DNA from: Hyphomicrobiales bacterium
GTDB taxonomy: Bacteria > Pseudomonadota > Alphaproteobacteria > Rhizobiales > NORP267
Direction: 5' to 3'
DNA length: 64,000 nt
Assembly: GCA_030688605.1 (NCBI GenBank)
Contig: JAUYJB010000177.1
Coordinates: forward strand, 11,525-75,524
In this document: positions 38,083 through 47,892 of the stretch, piece by piece
Position numbering within the stretch: position 1 is the stretch's first letter
How the letters are laid out: every line of letters starts with the position of its first letter
Made by a program: the position numbers and the translations under genes
Notes under the pieces: generated by a model
What the model was told of the DNA's origin: nothing
The model's input: only the letters and a program-made list of their open reading frames with translations
Databases searched by the model: none

Positions 38083-38587
38083 GGACGAGCGGAAGGCCGG
38101 CGGCCATGAACACGACCTCGTCGGCAACCGCGGCGAGGCGCTGATTGGCCCACCCGGCGGCGTCGCGGAACCGCCGCGCCAGGGGGTTGTCGGGAACGAT
38201 GCCCGAGCCGACCTCGTTTGAGACCAGGATCAAGGTCCCGGCCGCCCCGCTTACCGCGTCGATGAGCTCGTCGACGCACGCCGCCACGTCGCGCTCGGCA
38301 AGCAGCACGTTCGACAGCCACAGCGTAACGCAATCGACCATCACATGGGCGTCAGCGGCGCAATGCGCCCGGATCGCGGCGGCAAGGTCGAGCGGCGCCT
38401 CCACCGTCGTCCAGCCGTGGCCGCGGCGGGCGCGGTGAGCGGCGATACGGGCTGCCATTTCCTCATCGCCGGGTTCGCCGGTTGCGACATAGACCTTGGG
38501 TCCGCGCGCCGGCATCAGGCTTTCCCCGTAGGCGCTCTTGCCCGAACGGGCCCCGCCGAGGATAAGGATGCGTCTTAGAGCCGTCAT
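38066..38587 (-). CDS. cobU: bifunctional adenosylcobinamide kinase / adenosylcobinamide-phosphate guanylyltransferase
   Basis: ORF 38066..38587. P-loop GGARSGKS. LVSNEVGSGIVP motif. Its 3' end overlaps the convergent cbiB by 17 bp. Confidence 0.9.
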   Translation of the reverse strand: MTALRRILILGGARSGKSAYGESLMPARGPKVYVATGEPGDEEMAARIAAHRARRGHGWTTVEAPLDLAAAIRAHCAADAHVMVDCVTLWLSNVLLAERDVAACVDELIDAVSGAAGTLILVSNEVGSGIVPDNPLARRFRDAAGWANQRLAAVADEVVFMAAGLPLVLKQPR

Positions 38588-38667
38588 GACATGATTCCAC
38601 TATAGCCGGACCCACTCTAAGGGCCGAAACACATTCATTCACCATCCCCGTCCTGGCCGGAGAGCGC

Positions 38668-39948
38668 CTATAGCAGCCGGTCGCGCAGGGAAAACCAGGT
38701 CATCGCCGCGACCAGGGTCGGCCAGCGCAGGAGCCTGCCGCCGGGAAAGACCGGCACCGGAAGCCGCGCCAGAACATCGAAACGGCCGAGCGTCCCGTCG
38801 ACGGCTTCGGCAAGCACCTGACCGCCGAGGACCGCCATGCCGACGCCTTGGCCGCTGTAACCGGCGGCGACCAGCACATTCGGCGAAAGCCTGGCGAAAT
38901 AGGGCAGCCGGCGCGGCGTGACGGCGAGCGTGCCACCCCAGGCATAGTCGATCCGCACGCCGGCAAGCTGCGGAAATATCGTCAGCATCCGCCGGCGCAC
39001 GAGGCCGGCAATGTCCTTGGGAAAGCGCGACGAATAGGTCTCGCCGCCGCCGAACAGGAGCCGGCGGTCGGCGGAGAGGCGGAAATAGTTGACGACGAAG
39101 CGGGAATCCGCGACCGCCACATCGTCGCGGATCAGCGCCAGGGCGGCCACCTCGCCGAGCGGCTCGGTGGCGATGAGAAAATTGTTGATCGGCATGACCC
39201 GCCGCTCGACCCGCGGCGCCAGCCCCTCGAAATAGCCGTTGCAGGCAAGAAGCAGGAATTGCGCGGAAACCGTGCCGGCGGCGATTTCGACGCGCACCGG
39301 ATCGCCCTCAACGATGCGTATCGCAGGAGATTTCTCGTAGAGCTTGGCGCCGGCGGAGGCGGCGGCGCGGGCAATGCCGAGGGCGAAGTTGAGGGGATGC
39401 AGGTGGGCGCCCCCGCGGTCGAGCCAGCCGCCGTGATAGGCTTGGCTTGCGACCATGGCGCGCATCTCCTCGCCGGAGACAAACTCCGCCTTTTCATAAG
39501 CATGGTCGCGGCGAAGCGTGTCGACATAGGCGCGCGAATGGGCGACGAAGCGGCGTTTATGGTCGGCGTGAAGAAGGCCGAATTTCAGATCGCAGTCAAT
39601 CCCGTGGCGGCGGACCAGGTCGACGACCAGGGCCTTCGCCTCTTCGCCGATGCGCCACAGTTTTCGCGCATCGTCCTTGCCGACCATCGCCGCGAGCGTC
39701 GTCTGGTCGCGGCGCTGGCCGGAATGGAGCTGGCCGCCATTGCGCCCCGATGCGCCCCACCCGAGGCGCCGCGCCTCGATGAGAACGACCTTGAAACCCC
39801 GCTCCGCGAGGTGCAGCGCCGCGGAAAGCCCGGTATAGCCGCCACCGATAATGGCCACATCGCAGCTATGGGCCCCTTCTAGCGCCGGGTACGCGACGAG
39901 CCCTTGGGCCGTCGCCGCGAAATAGGAAGACGGATGCTCGGTGCCCAT
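38668..39948 (-). CDS. FAD-dependent oxidoreductase, gamma-glutamylputrescine oxidase (PuuB/OrdL)-like
   Basis: ORF 38668..39948. Dinucleotide fold DVAIIGGGYTGLSAAL. DAO-family length. Directly downstream of the GS-like gene. Confidence 0.8.
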   Translation of the reverse strand: MGTEHPSSYFAATAQGLVAYPALEGAHSCDVAIIGGGYTGLSAALHLAERGFKVVLIEARRLGWGASGRNGGQLHSGQRRDQTTLAAMVGKDDARKLWRIGEEAKALVVDLVRRHGIDCDLKFGLLHADHKRRFVAHSRAYVDTLRRDHAYEKAEFVSGEEMRAMVASQAYHGGWLDRGGAHLHPLNFALGIARAAASAGAKLYEKSPAIRIVEGDPVRVEIAAGTVSAQFLLLACNGYFEGLAPRVERRVMPINNFLIATEPLGEVAALALIRDDVAVADSRFVVNYFRLSADRRLLFGGGETYSSRFPKDIAGLVRRRMLTIFPQLAGVRIDYAWGGTLAVTPRRLPYFARLSPNVLVAAGYSGQGVGMAVLGGQVLAEAVDGTLGRFDVLARLPVPVFPGGRLLRWPTLVAAMTWFSLRDRLL

Positions 39949-39964
39949 CGCAAGCGGCGGCGTC

Positions 39965-41359
39965 TTACACCGTCAGCAGCAGAAATTCGCGCTCCCAGGG
40001 GCTGATTACCCCCATGAAGGTTTCGAACTCCTCGCGTTTGATGGCGCTATAGACGGACACGAAGGCACTGCCCAGGATCTCCCGCAATTCGTCGCAGGCC
40101 TCGAATTCGGCGACCGCTTCCAACAGGCCGCGCGGCAGATCGTAGGGCAGGCCGTGCGCGCTGCCGCTGATCGGCTTGGTCGGGGTCAGCTCCTGGGTGA
40201 TGCCGAGATAGCCGCAGGCGAGCGACGCGGCGATGGCGAGATAGGGGTTGGCATCGGAAGACGGAACGCGGTTCTCCACCCGCCGTGCCTCAGGCCTTGA
40301 CGGCGGAATACGAATGCCGGTGGTGCGGTTGTCGTGCCCCCACTGGACGTTGATGGCCGATTTCTGGTCCTTGGTCAGCCGCCGGTAGGAATTGACGTAG
40401 GGCGCCAACATGCACATCGCCGCCGGCATGTAGCGCTGCTGGCCGGCGATGAAGGCATAAAACTCGCGCGTCGGCTCGCCTTCCGTGGTGGAAAAGACGT
40501 TGCGGCCCGTTTCCTCGTCGACCAGCGACTGATGGATGTGCATGGCGCTCCCCGGCTCGGCGGCGATCGGCTTGGCCATGAAGGTGGCGTAGATGTCATG
40601 CGCCATCGCCGCCTCGCGAATGGTGCGCTTGAACATGAACACCTGGTCCGCCAGGTCCACCGGATCGCCGTGGCGCAGATTGATCTCCATCTGCGCTGCG
40701 CCCTCCTCATGGATCAGGGTGTCGATCTCCAGGCCCTGGGCCTCGGAATAGTCGTAAATGTCGTCGAACAGGGGATCGAACTCGTTGATGGCGCCGATGG
40801 AGAAGGATTTCCGGCCGCTTTCCGGCCGCCCGGAGCGGCCGACCGGCGGCTCCAGCGGATAGTCCGGATCGGTGTTCGGCTTGACCAGATAGAACTCGAT
40901 TTCCGGCGCGATGATTGATTTCCAGCCGCGCTTCTCGAACAGCTTCAAGACCCGGCGCAGCACGTGCCGCGGCGCGACCTCGACCGGCCGGTTGTCGCGG
41001 TGGTAGGCGTCGTGGATGATCTGCGCCGTCGGGTCCTTTTCCCACGGCACCACGCACAGGGTCGAAAAATCGGGAGCGAAAACGAAATCGCCGTCGGCCG
41101 GATCCATGACCTCGACATCCTCGATTTCCGGATATTCGCCGGAAATCGTCTGGTAGAAGATCGATTGCGGCATGCTCATCACGCGCCCGGCGAAGAATTT
41201 CTGCGCCGGCATCATCTTGCCGCATGCCACGCCGGATTGGTCCGGCACGATGCATTCAATCTCGTCGATGCGCCGCTCGGTCATCCATTCCCGTGCCGCG
41301 TCGATGTCGGCAACGCCGCGTGTGGCGGCAGACTGAAATTCGATCCGTTCGGTCTTCAT
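39965..41359 (-). CDS. glutamine synthetase family protein, gamma-glutamylpolyamine synthetase (PuuA)-like
   Basis: Part of ORF 39965..41401, ATG at 41359. GS catalytic-domain motifs (FMAKPIAAEPGSAMHIHQSL, NRTTGIRIP). Confidence 0.85.
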   Translation of the reverse strand: MKTERIEFQSAATRGVADIDAAREWMTERRIDEIECIVPDQSGVACGKMMPAQKFFAGRVMSMPQSIFYQTISGEYPEIEDVEVMDPADGDFVFAPDFSTLCVVPWEKDPTAQIIHDAYHRDNRPVEVAPRHVLRRVLKLFEKRGWKSIIAPEIEFYLVKPNTDPDYPLEPPVGRSGRPESGRKSFSIGAINEFDPLFDDIYDYSEAQGLEIDTLIHEEGAAQMEINLRHGDPVDLADQVFMFKRTIREAAMAHDIYATFMAKPIAAEPGSAMHIHQSLVDEETGRNVFSTTEGEPTREFYAFIAGQQRYMPAAMCMLAPYVNSYRRLTKDQKSAINVQWGHDNRTTGIRIPPSRPEARRVENRVPSSDANPYLAIAASLACGYLGITQELTPTKPISGSAHGLPYDLPRGLLEAVAEFEACDELREILGSAFVSVYSAIKREEFETFMGVISPWEREFLLLTV

Positions 41360-41555
41360 GGTCGCAACCCGCAGTTTCTCGTGTCGTACCGCCTGCCGCA
41401 TCGACGGCCTCGACGAAACGCGCCGGGTACGCTAGAGCGTTTCACGGCCGGTCGGCGATGCCGAAAGTTGGAGCCGTGGCCCATGACGCATTGTGCTGCA
41501 AACCGGGCGCCGGTCCGTGGCGGCGGGCCGATGGGCGCGAGGACCGAGCAAGACC

Positions 41556-42392
41556 ATGGCTGATGCGCAACCGCGCCGTCCGTTGGTCGGCGTTGTCTCC
41601 GACATACGGGCCATCGACGGCCATTCCTACCATTTGGCTGGCGAGAAGTATATGGCGGCGCTCGCCCATGGCGCAGGCGTCCTGCCTGTGATCCTGCCGC
41701 CGATCTCGGGAATCCGTGCCGAGGAAGAGGCCGGATGTTTTTATGGCGCCGACGAGGCGCTCGAACGCATCGATGGCCTGTTCCTTCCGGGCAGCGCCTC
41801 GAACGTCGAGCCGCGTCGCTATGGCGGCGTATTCGACCCCAGCGACAGTTCCCAGCGCGACCCGCAGCGCGATGAGACAAGCCTCACGCTTATCCCTGCC
41901 GCCATTGAGCGCGGGCTGCCGCTCTTTTGCGTCTGCCGCGGCCTTCAGGAGCTCAATGTCGCGCTCGGCGGCACGCTGCACCAAGAGCTTCACGCGGTGC
42001 CGGAAACGATGCAGCACCTGGCAGATTCAACTGCGCCGCATGAGGTCAAATATGCGCCGGCTCACTCGGTCCGGTTCGCCGAGAACGGCATATTCGCGCG
42101 GCTTGCCGGCGGCGCCACGGCAAAGGTCAATTCCGTGCACGAACAGGGCATCGACCGGCTGGCCGAGCGGCTCATCGCCGAAGGCTGGGCCGCGGACGGC
42201 ATGATCGAGGCGGCCAGCGTTGCCGACGCGACCGGTTTTGCGATCGGCGTGCAGTGGCACCCGGAATGGCGCTTTGCGGAGGATGCTCTGTCGCGGGCCC
42301 TGTTTCGGGCTTTCGGCGAGGCGGTTTGCGCATACGCGGGCCTACGCCCCGAGGCCGTGGCCCCTCACCCGCGCGGCGGGCGGAACAGGTAG
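41556..42392 (+). CDS. gamma-glutamyl-gamma-aminobutyrate hydrolase (PuuD)-like peptidase C26 / class I amidotransferase-like
   Basis: Part of ORF 41493..42392, ATG at 41556. Nucleophile context FCVCRGLQELNV. Histidine context VQWHPEW. Confidence 0.85.
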   Translation: MADAQPRRPLVGVVSDIRAIDGHSYHLAGEKYMAALAHGAGVLPVILPPISGIRAEEEAGCFYGADEALERIDGLFLPGSASNVEPRRYGGVFDPSDSSQRDPQRDETSLTLIPAAIERGLPLFCVCRGLQELNVALGGTLHQELHAVPETMQHLADSTAPHEVKYAPAHSVRFAENGIFARLAGGATAKVNSVHEQGIDRLAERLIAEGWAADGMIEAASVADATGFAIGVQWHPEWRFAEDALSRALFRAFGEAVCAYAGLRPEAVAPHPRGGRNR

Positions 42393-42610
42393 ATGACGAT
42401 CCATACCGGCACCGTCACCACGGCGCCGAGGATCACGTGCGGGGTGGCCCAGCGCACGCTGCCGCCGAGATAGGAGAGAAGTTCATCGGGCGTCAGGCCG
42501 ACATCCCTCAGCACGTCCTCCGGCCTGATGTCGAGAAAGGCGAGCGCCACGCCGACCAGCAGCGAGGCCAGCGTGATCTTGACCAAGGTCGATATGAAGC
42601 GCAGCACCAT
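42365..42610 (-). CDS. small conserved membrane protein (81 aa)
   Basis: ORF 42365..42610. Two hydrophobic helices flank a charged loop. Overlaps the convergent puuD-like 3' end by 28 bp. Confidence 0.5.
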   Translation of the reverse strand: MVLRFISTLVKITLASLLVGVALAFLDIRPEDVLRDVGLTPDELLSYLGGSVRWATPHVILGAVVTVPVWIVIYLFRPPRG

Positions 42611-42685
42611 CTCGCGTCTCCGACAGCCTGCCCCCGCAATTAGAGCGATTCCCGGTCGCAGGTGCGGGCTGCGGGCGAAGCTCCG

Positions 42686-43348
42686 TCAGTCAGCCTGCAT
42701 CGCGCGGGGTTGCGCGGCGGTCGCCGCGCGCGTCCGGATCGCGTAGGCCAGCGGCCACAGCGCCAGGATGCCGGCAAGGCCGTTGACGTAGAACTGGAAC
42801 AGCCCGAGCGGTACGAAGTGCGCGACGGCCATGACGACCAGCGCTCCGGCGACGAGAGCCGTCAGCGGTGGCGTCAGGACGCCGCTGCGTGCGATCGCCA
42901 TGGCAAAACCGAGGATGCCGACGGCGAAGATCACTGCGGCCGAGAGCAGCAGCGGCAGGAACCAGGCGTCGATCGCGGCCTGCGCGGCGGCGACGTCGGC
43001 GCCGATCTCGACGGCGGCGAGTACGGTGAACTCCATCCCGGGCAGGATGGCGTAAAGCGTGGCGCCCATGATGACGAAGGGGATCGCCACGGCGCTGAAG
43101 CGTTCCTCGCCCGCCTCCCGCAACCAGGCGCGGACGGCGAGGAAGGCGAGGGCGAGTAGTCCCGAGCCTACGCCGACCAGCAGATGGGCGACCGCCCAGC
43201 GGAAGGTGTCCTCGCCGGCTGCTGCGGCGACCGCTGCGGTGTCGGTCAGGTTGGCGATGAACGGGTGGTAAACCAAGCCGGCCAGCATCACCGCCGGCGC
43301 GATGGCGACGACGACGGCCCGCAGGCCTGAGATCGTGGTGTCCTTCAT
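42686..43348 (-). CDS. hypothetical polytopic membrane protein
   Basis: Part of ORF 42686..43405. ATG at 43348 after GGAGG. About six hydrophobic segments. Confidence 0.6.
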   Translation of the reverse strand: MKDTTISGLRAVVVAIAPAVMLAGLVYHPFIANLTDTAAVAAAAGEDTFRWAVAHLLVGVGSGLLALAFLAVRAWLREAGEERFSAVAIPFVIMGATLYAILPGMEFTVLAAVEIGADVAAAQAAIDAWFLPLLLSAAVIFAVGILGFAMAIARSGVLTPPLTALVAGALVVMAVAHFVPLGLFQFYVNGLAGILALWPLAYAIRTRAATAAQPRAMQAD

Positions 43349-43594
43349 GGCTTGCCTCCGTTGGATTTGGAAAGCGCACAAGCGCCTCAACCGATTATAG
43401 GGCATTACCCGCGCCAGCGTGAGGAATCAGCCTATCCTATACCGATCGACATGGCGGCCAAAGCATCGCTCCAATATCAGGTAATACCAGGCCGCCGGCC
43501 GTTGCGCGAGGCGCGGGCCGGCCGAAGCGTTAATGGCCCAAGATGACCAAGCCCGATCGAGATGCGGTCCCCGTGTGACGAATGCTTTGTAAAG

Positions 43595-45562
43595 TTATTG
43601 GGGCTTGGGGGCGGGCAGGCTTTCCAGGACGGCTTCGAGGCCGCCTTGGCGGGTGGCGCTCCCAAGCAGACCCGGCTCCCCTTTCTTGCCTGCGTCCTCG
43701 ACTTTCTGGATGGCTTCTTTGACGTGCGGCACGACGCTGTTGAGCTTGAGCGGATCGAGATAGATATTCGGGCTTTCCCACTCGCCGCGCACGATGAGCG
43801 GCAGCGCAACCGCCGTTTGCACCGGGTCGGCAGCGGTTCCCGGCTGCGGGATAAGGCTGGCGGAGACCCGATAGTCGAGCGATCGCGCGGGAAGATCGAC
43901 GTAACCGTCTCCGCCGATCTCGAAGGCGGGGCCTTTGAGCAGAAGATCCTTGTTCTCGGCGATACCGTGATCGACAAGGAACTCAGCCTGCAGGCGGTCG
44001 AACTTGGTGTCCGTGCCGGCCGTGGTTTGCCACCCCTCGAGGCGGCTGCCGCGCAGGGTGTCGAGCAAGCCGGTCACGTCCATACCTTTGATCGCGCCGT
44101 TTGCGGCGGCCAGGGTCAGTTTTCCCGACAGGTCGGCGATCAGGTCGCTCGGGCTGCGGCCGCTTGCCTGCAGCTTGCCGCTGATATCTCCCTTTCCGTC
44201 GATATAGGAAAATCCCGCCATGTCCGTCAGCAGCCGCAACAGGGCCACGCCCTGGGCGCTGAAATTGGTCGACACCTCCGGGGCCTCGTCGCTGCCGTCG
44301 ATGATGAGCGTGCCGTTGATCTGACCGCCATAAGCGTTCAGCTCGGCGACCTGGGCGGTGAGCCGGCCGGCCGTGAGCGCCGCCGTGATGGCGCCGCTGC
44401 CGAGATCATATTCGCGCGCCGTGATCTTGCCGGCCGACAGCCGCAAATCGGCATTGATCAGCCGCAGCGCCGACAGATCGATGGCCTCGGTGCTCCAGCC
44501 GGCAGGGCGCGCCTTCGGCACCTCACCCTTGCTTGGCGCGGCCGTCGCCGGCAGATAGGGGTTGAGGTTGAGCGTCGGCGTCGCCAGGGTTGCCTGAAGC
44601 TGCGGGCGCTCGCCTTCGAGCTTGACGACGATGGCACCTTCGGCGCTATTGCCGTCGAGCACCAAGGCGACCTCGGAGAAGGCAAGCTTGGTGCCGCCGA
44701 GGAGGACTTTCGACACCAATGACAGTTTGTTCAACCCGCTGCTTTCGGGAAGCTCCGTGTCGAACCAGCGCGCCAGGGCGTGCACCGAGGGCACGCTCAG
44801 ATTGATCTGACCGTCGATGGCGAAGTCGACGCTGGTGCTGAACTGCCCCTTGACGTCGACCGTGAACCGGCTCGAGTCGACCATGACCGCGGCCCGGGTC
44901 GTGCCGCCGGAGGCCAAACCAATGGGGTCGTCGGAACTGGTCTTGAAGTTCAGCACCTCGCCGCGCCAGACGAGGTTGCCGGCGGCGGTCATCGGGCTCG
45001 CCAGCGACGGCCAGGACACCGTCGCATTGATGCTGCTCGTGTCGATCGCCGCTCCGGAGCGCTGATTGCGGTACTTGATCTGGCCATCAAGGACCAGGAA
45101 CGTGCCGATCGGTATCGAGCGGGCGGCGGGTGAAAATGCGCCGGCGGCGTCGATCTCCTCGGTCTTCGGCGCGGTGCTGCTCAGCCGCCAGTTCGGCCGG
45201 CCGGTCGCGTTGACGATGAAATTGAAACGCGGCCGCACCAGCACGAAGCGCTCGATCTCGACTTGGCCGCGCAACAGCGGCATGACCCGCACACTGGCGT
45301 TGAGCTCGTCCATGGCAACGAACGCCTCTGACTCCATCCCCTCGGCATTGGCAATGCTGACGCCGCCGATACGCACCATGATGGCGGGAAACATGGAAAG
45401 ACTTGCCGGGCCGGTGATGGCGACCTCGCGCCCGGTCAGGCTTTCCAGTTGCGCGGCAACGGATTCGCGAATGGTTTGCGCCGAAACGATGTAGGGAATC
45501 AGGAAGATTGCCCCCACCGCGGCGATCGCGATGAGCCCGAGAAAGGAGAACAGCCGCTTCAT
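43595..45562 (-). CDS. AsmA-family outer-membrane biogenesis protein
   Basis: ORF 43595..45562. N-terminal anchor MKRLFSFLGLIAIAAVGAIFLIPYIV, followed by a long beta-rich periplasmic region with AsmA-like N- and C-terminal segments. Confidence 0.8.
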   Translation of the reverse strand: MKRLFSFLGLIAIAAVGAIFLIPYIVSAQTIRESVAAQLESLTGREVAITGPASLSMFPAIMVRIGGVSIANAEGMESEAFVAMDELNASVRVMPLLRGQVEIERFVLVRPRFNFIVNATGRPNWRLSSTAPKTEEIDAAGAFSPAARSIPIGTFLVLDGQIKYRNQRSGAAIDTSSINATVSWPSLASPMTAAGNLVWRGEVLNFKTSSDDPIGLASGGTTRAAVMVDSSRFTVDVKGQFSTSVDFAIDGQINLSVPSVHALARWFDTELPESSGLNKLSLVSKVLLGGTKLAFSEVALVLDGNSAEGAIVVKLEGERPQLQATLATPTLNLNPYLPATAAPSKGEVPKARPAGWSTEAIDLSALRLINADLRLSAGKITAREYDLGSGAITAALTAGRLTAQVAELNAYGGQINGTLIIDGSDEAPEVSTNFSAQGVALLRLLTDMAGFSYIDGKGDISGKLQASGRSPSDLIADLSGKLTLAAANGAIKGMDVTGLLDTLRGSRLEGWQTTAGTDTKFDRLQAEFLVDHGIAENKDLLLKGPAFEIGGDGYVDLPARSLDYRVSASLIPQPGTAADPVQTAVALPLIVRGEWESPNIYLDPLKLNSVVPHVKEAIQKVEDAGKKGEPGLLGSATRQGGLEAVLESLPAPKPQ

Positions 45563-45696
45563 GTCGTGAGCGTCGGCGCGTTACGTGTTGACCCTGTACT
45601 CGGCCATCATAGGTCGAGGTCCGGATGGGTCAAATGTTTCGTCGCCCTCTGGTGAACGGTGGTGCCGCGGGGAGATGACGATAAGCCTTTGATACC

Positions 45697-47499
45697 TCAT
45701 GCGACTGCGACGGTCTCGCTCCCGGGCCGCGTCTCGGGGCCGGAGCGGAAGCCGAGCCGCGCGGCGCGGTTGAGCAACACCACCGGCACCAGGCCGACGG
45801 CAACGATGGTCAGCGCCGCGAGCGCCGCATCCTCGAAGCGTTCCAGCGAGGCGAACGAATAGACGTGGGTCGCCAGCGTCTCGAAATTGAACGGGCGCAG
45901 CAGGATCGTCGCCGGCAACTCCTTCATCGAATCGACGAACACCAAGAGGCCCGCGGCGACCAGCGCCGGTCGGATCAGCGGCAGGTGGACCTCGCGCAAG
46001 GCACGGCCCGGCGAGCGGCCAAGCGTGCGCGCGATCATGCCGAGATTTGGGCTCACCTTGCCGAGGCCAGCCTCGATGGCGCCGTGCGAGACGGCGAGAA
46101 ACCGGATCGTATAGGCGAGCACGATGGCGAAGGCCGAGCCCGACAGCAGCAGCCCGGTGGAGACGCCGAAGGCCGAACGCGTCCAGGCGTCGACGGCATT
46201 GTCGAGGCTGGCGAGCGGCACCAGAATGCCGACAGCCAGCACCGTCCCCGGCACCGCGTAGCCGATGACCGCGGTGCGGGTCAGCCCGTGGACGAGGCGC
46301 GAGCGGGTAAGCCGCCTCGCATAGACCAGCACGATGCCGGCCGCCACCGACAGCAAGGCGGCGGCCAGCGACAGCGTCAGGCTGTTGCGCGCCAGCGTCA
46401 GATAGCCGCCGCCGAGCGCGTCCGACAGCCGCGCGGCGGCATAGACGGCGAGCACGAAGGCGGGCACGGCGAAGCCGAGCAGCACCGGAACGGCGCAGGC
46501 GAGCGTCGCCATGAGGGCGCGCGCGCCGGCAAGCTGCGTATGCGGCAGGGGATGGTACTTGCTCGAGGTGTGGTGGAAGCGCTGGCGGCGGCGGCTGTAG
46601 CGCTCGAGCCAGATGAGGAAGAAGACGAAGACGAGCAGCACGGCGGCAAGCTGCGCGGCGCCCGCCAGGCTGCCGCGCCCGAGCCAGGTCGCATAGATCG
46701 TCACCGTCAGGGTCCTGACGCCGAAAAACTCCACCGCGCCGATATCGTTGATGGTCTCCATCAGCGCCAGGGTGACGCCGGCGACCAGCGCCGGCCGCGC
46801 CAACGGCAACGCCACCTCGCGAAAAGTGCTCCAGGCATTGTGGCCCAGCGTGCGGCTGACGTCGAGGACGCACACCGACTGGGCGAGAAACGATGCGCGC
46901 GCCGTCAGATATACGTAGGGATAGAGAACGCTCGACATCACCGCGACGGCGCCGGGAAGCGAGCGGATTTCGGGAAACCAGTATTGGGTCGCATCGTGCC
47001 AGCCGAACAGGGCGCGAAGGGCGCTCTGGACCGGCCCGGCGTAGTCCATGACCTCGACCCAGCAATAGGCGGATATGTAAGTCGGCACGGCGAGCGGCAC
47101 CAGCAGCAGCCACTCGAGGACACCGCGGCCCGGAAACCGGCACATGGTCACCAGCCACGCCGTCCCCGTGCCCAGAATGAGGCTGATGAGCCCGACCCCG
47201 AGCATCAGCCACAGCGTGTCGCGCAGCGCCCCGGGGAGCACGGTGGCGAGGAGATGCGGCCAGATATTGGCCGATGGCCCGAAGGCCATGACGCCAAGCG
47301 CGAACAGCGGCACCAGCGCGATCAGCGACAGCACGAGCACGGCCGCGCCCCAGCGCAGCTCGCTCGGATTGGAGGCGATCCGGCGCCCGGCTCGGGCTGT
47401 TTCCGGGCTCTGCTGTGGCGTGACGCTGGGCAAGGACGTTCTTCGATCCTTCGCAAACGGGGTTGACGCAGCGGATGGGGAGACCCCGCCGGCGCGCAA
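45697..47499 (-). CDS. two-module ABC transporter permease (FbpB / iron(III)-type family)
   Basis: ORF 45697..47499, with a TTG start in the track (the true start is uncertain). Duplicated MetI-like permease modules, each with an EAA-type loop (SRTLGHNAWSTFREVALPLARPAL ; ARTLGRSPGRALREVHLPLIRPAL). Confidence 0.8.
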   Translation of the reverse strand: MRAGGVSPSAASTPFAKDRRTSLPSVTPQQSPETARAGRRIASNPSELRWGAAVLVLSLIALVPLFALGVMAFGPSANIWPHLLATVLPGALRDTLWLMLGVGLISLILGTGTAWLVTMCRFPGRGVLEWLLLVPLAVPTYISAYCWVEVMDYAGPVQSALRALFGWHDATQYWFPEIRSLPGAVAVMSSVLYPYVYLTARASFLAQSVCVLDVSRTLGHNAWSTFREVALPLARPALVAGVTLALMETINDIGAVEFFGVRTLTVTIYATWLGRGSLAGAAQLAAVLLVFVFFLIWLERYSRRRQRFHHTSSKYHPLPHTQLAGARALMATLACAVPVLLGFAVPAFVLAVYAAARLSDALGGGYLTLARNSLTLSLAAALLSVAAGIVLVYARRLTRSRLVHGLTRTAVIGYAVPGTVLAVGILVPLASLDNAVDAWTRSAFGVSTGLLLSGSAFAIVLAYTIRFLAVSHGAIEAGLGKVSPNLGMIARTLGRSPGRALREVHLPLIRPALVAAGLLVFVDSMKELPATILLRPFNFETLATHVYSFASLERFEDAALAALTIVAVGLVPVVLLNRAARLGFRSGPETRPGSETVAVA

Positions 47500-47606
47500 G
47501 CCCCCTCTAACAGGTCGGGGCTCGCCCTGTCGAATCGGTTGGGCGGCGGGACGGTATTGGCAAACTTTGCCATCGCCGCTATTCTCGTCCCGATTTCGAG
47601 GAGAAG

Positions 47607-47888
47607 ATGGGTATGCCGACCCGGAATATCAGTCTGACCGCCGAGCAGGACGCCCTTATCGACAAGATGGTCAAGAGCGGCGAATACCAGAATGCGAGCG
47701 AAGCGCTCCGCGACGCGCTGCGCGCGCTGCAACAGCGGCGGCGGGAGGACGCGTTGAAGCTGAAGGCGCTGCGCCTGCAGATCGGGGGCGGCGTCGAAGC
47801 GCTCGAAGGCGGTGCGTTCACCGATGTCGAGGAGGCGGACCTCGACGCTTATCTTGAAGGATTGCCGCCGGGCACGGCTAAGCGCTGA
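47607..47888 (+). CDS. parD: ParD-family type II antitoxin (ribbon-helix-helix)
   Basis: ORF 47607..47888. RBS GAGGAGAAG. ISLTAEQDALIDKMVKSGEYQNASEALRDALRAL is a typical ParD/COG3609 N-terminus. Confidence 0.85.
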   Translation: MGMPTRNISLTAEQDALIDKMVKSGEYQNASEALRDALRALQQRRREDALKLKALRLQIGGGVEALEGGAFTDVEEADLDAYLEGLPPGTAKR

Positions 47889-47892
47889 TACC

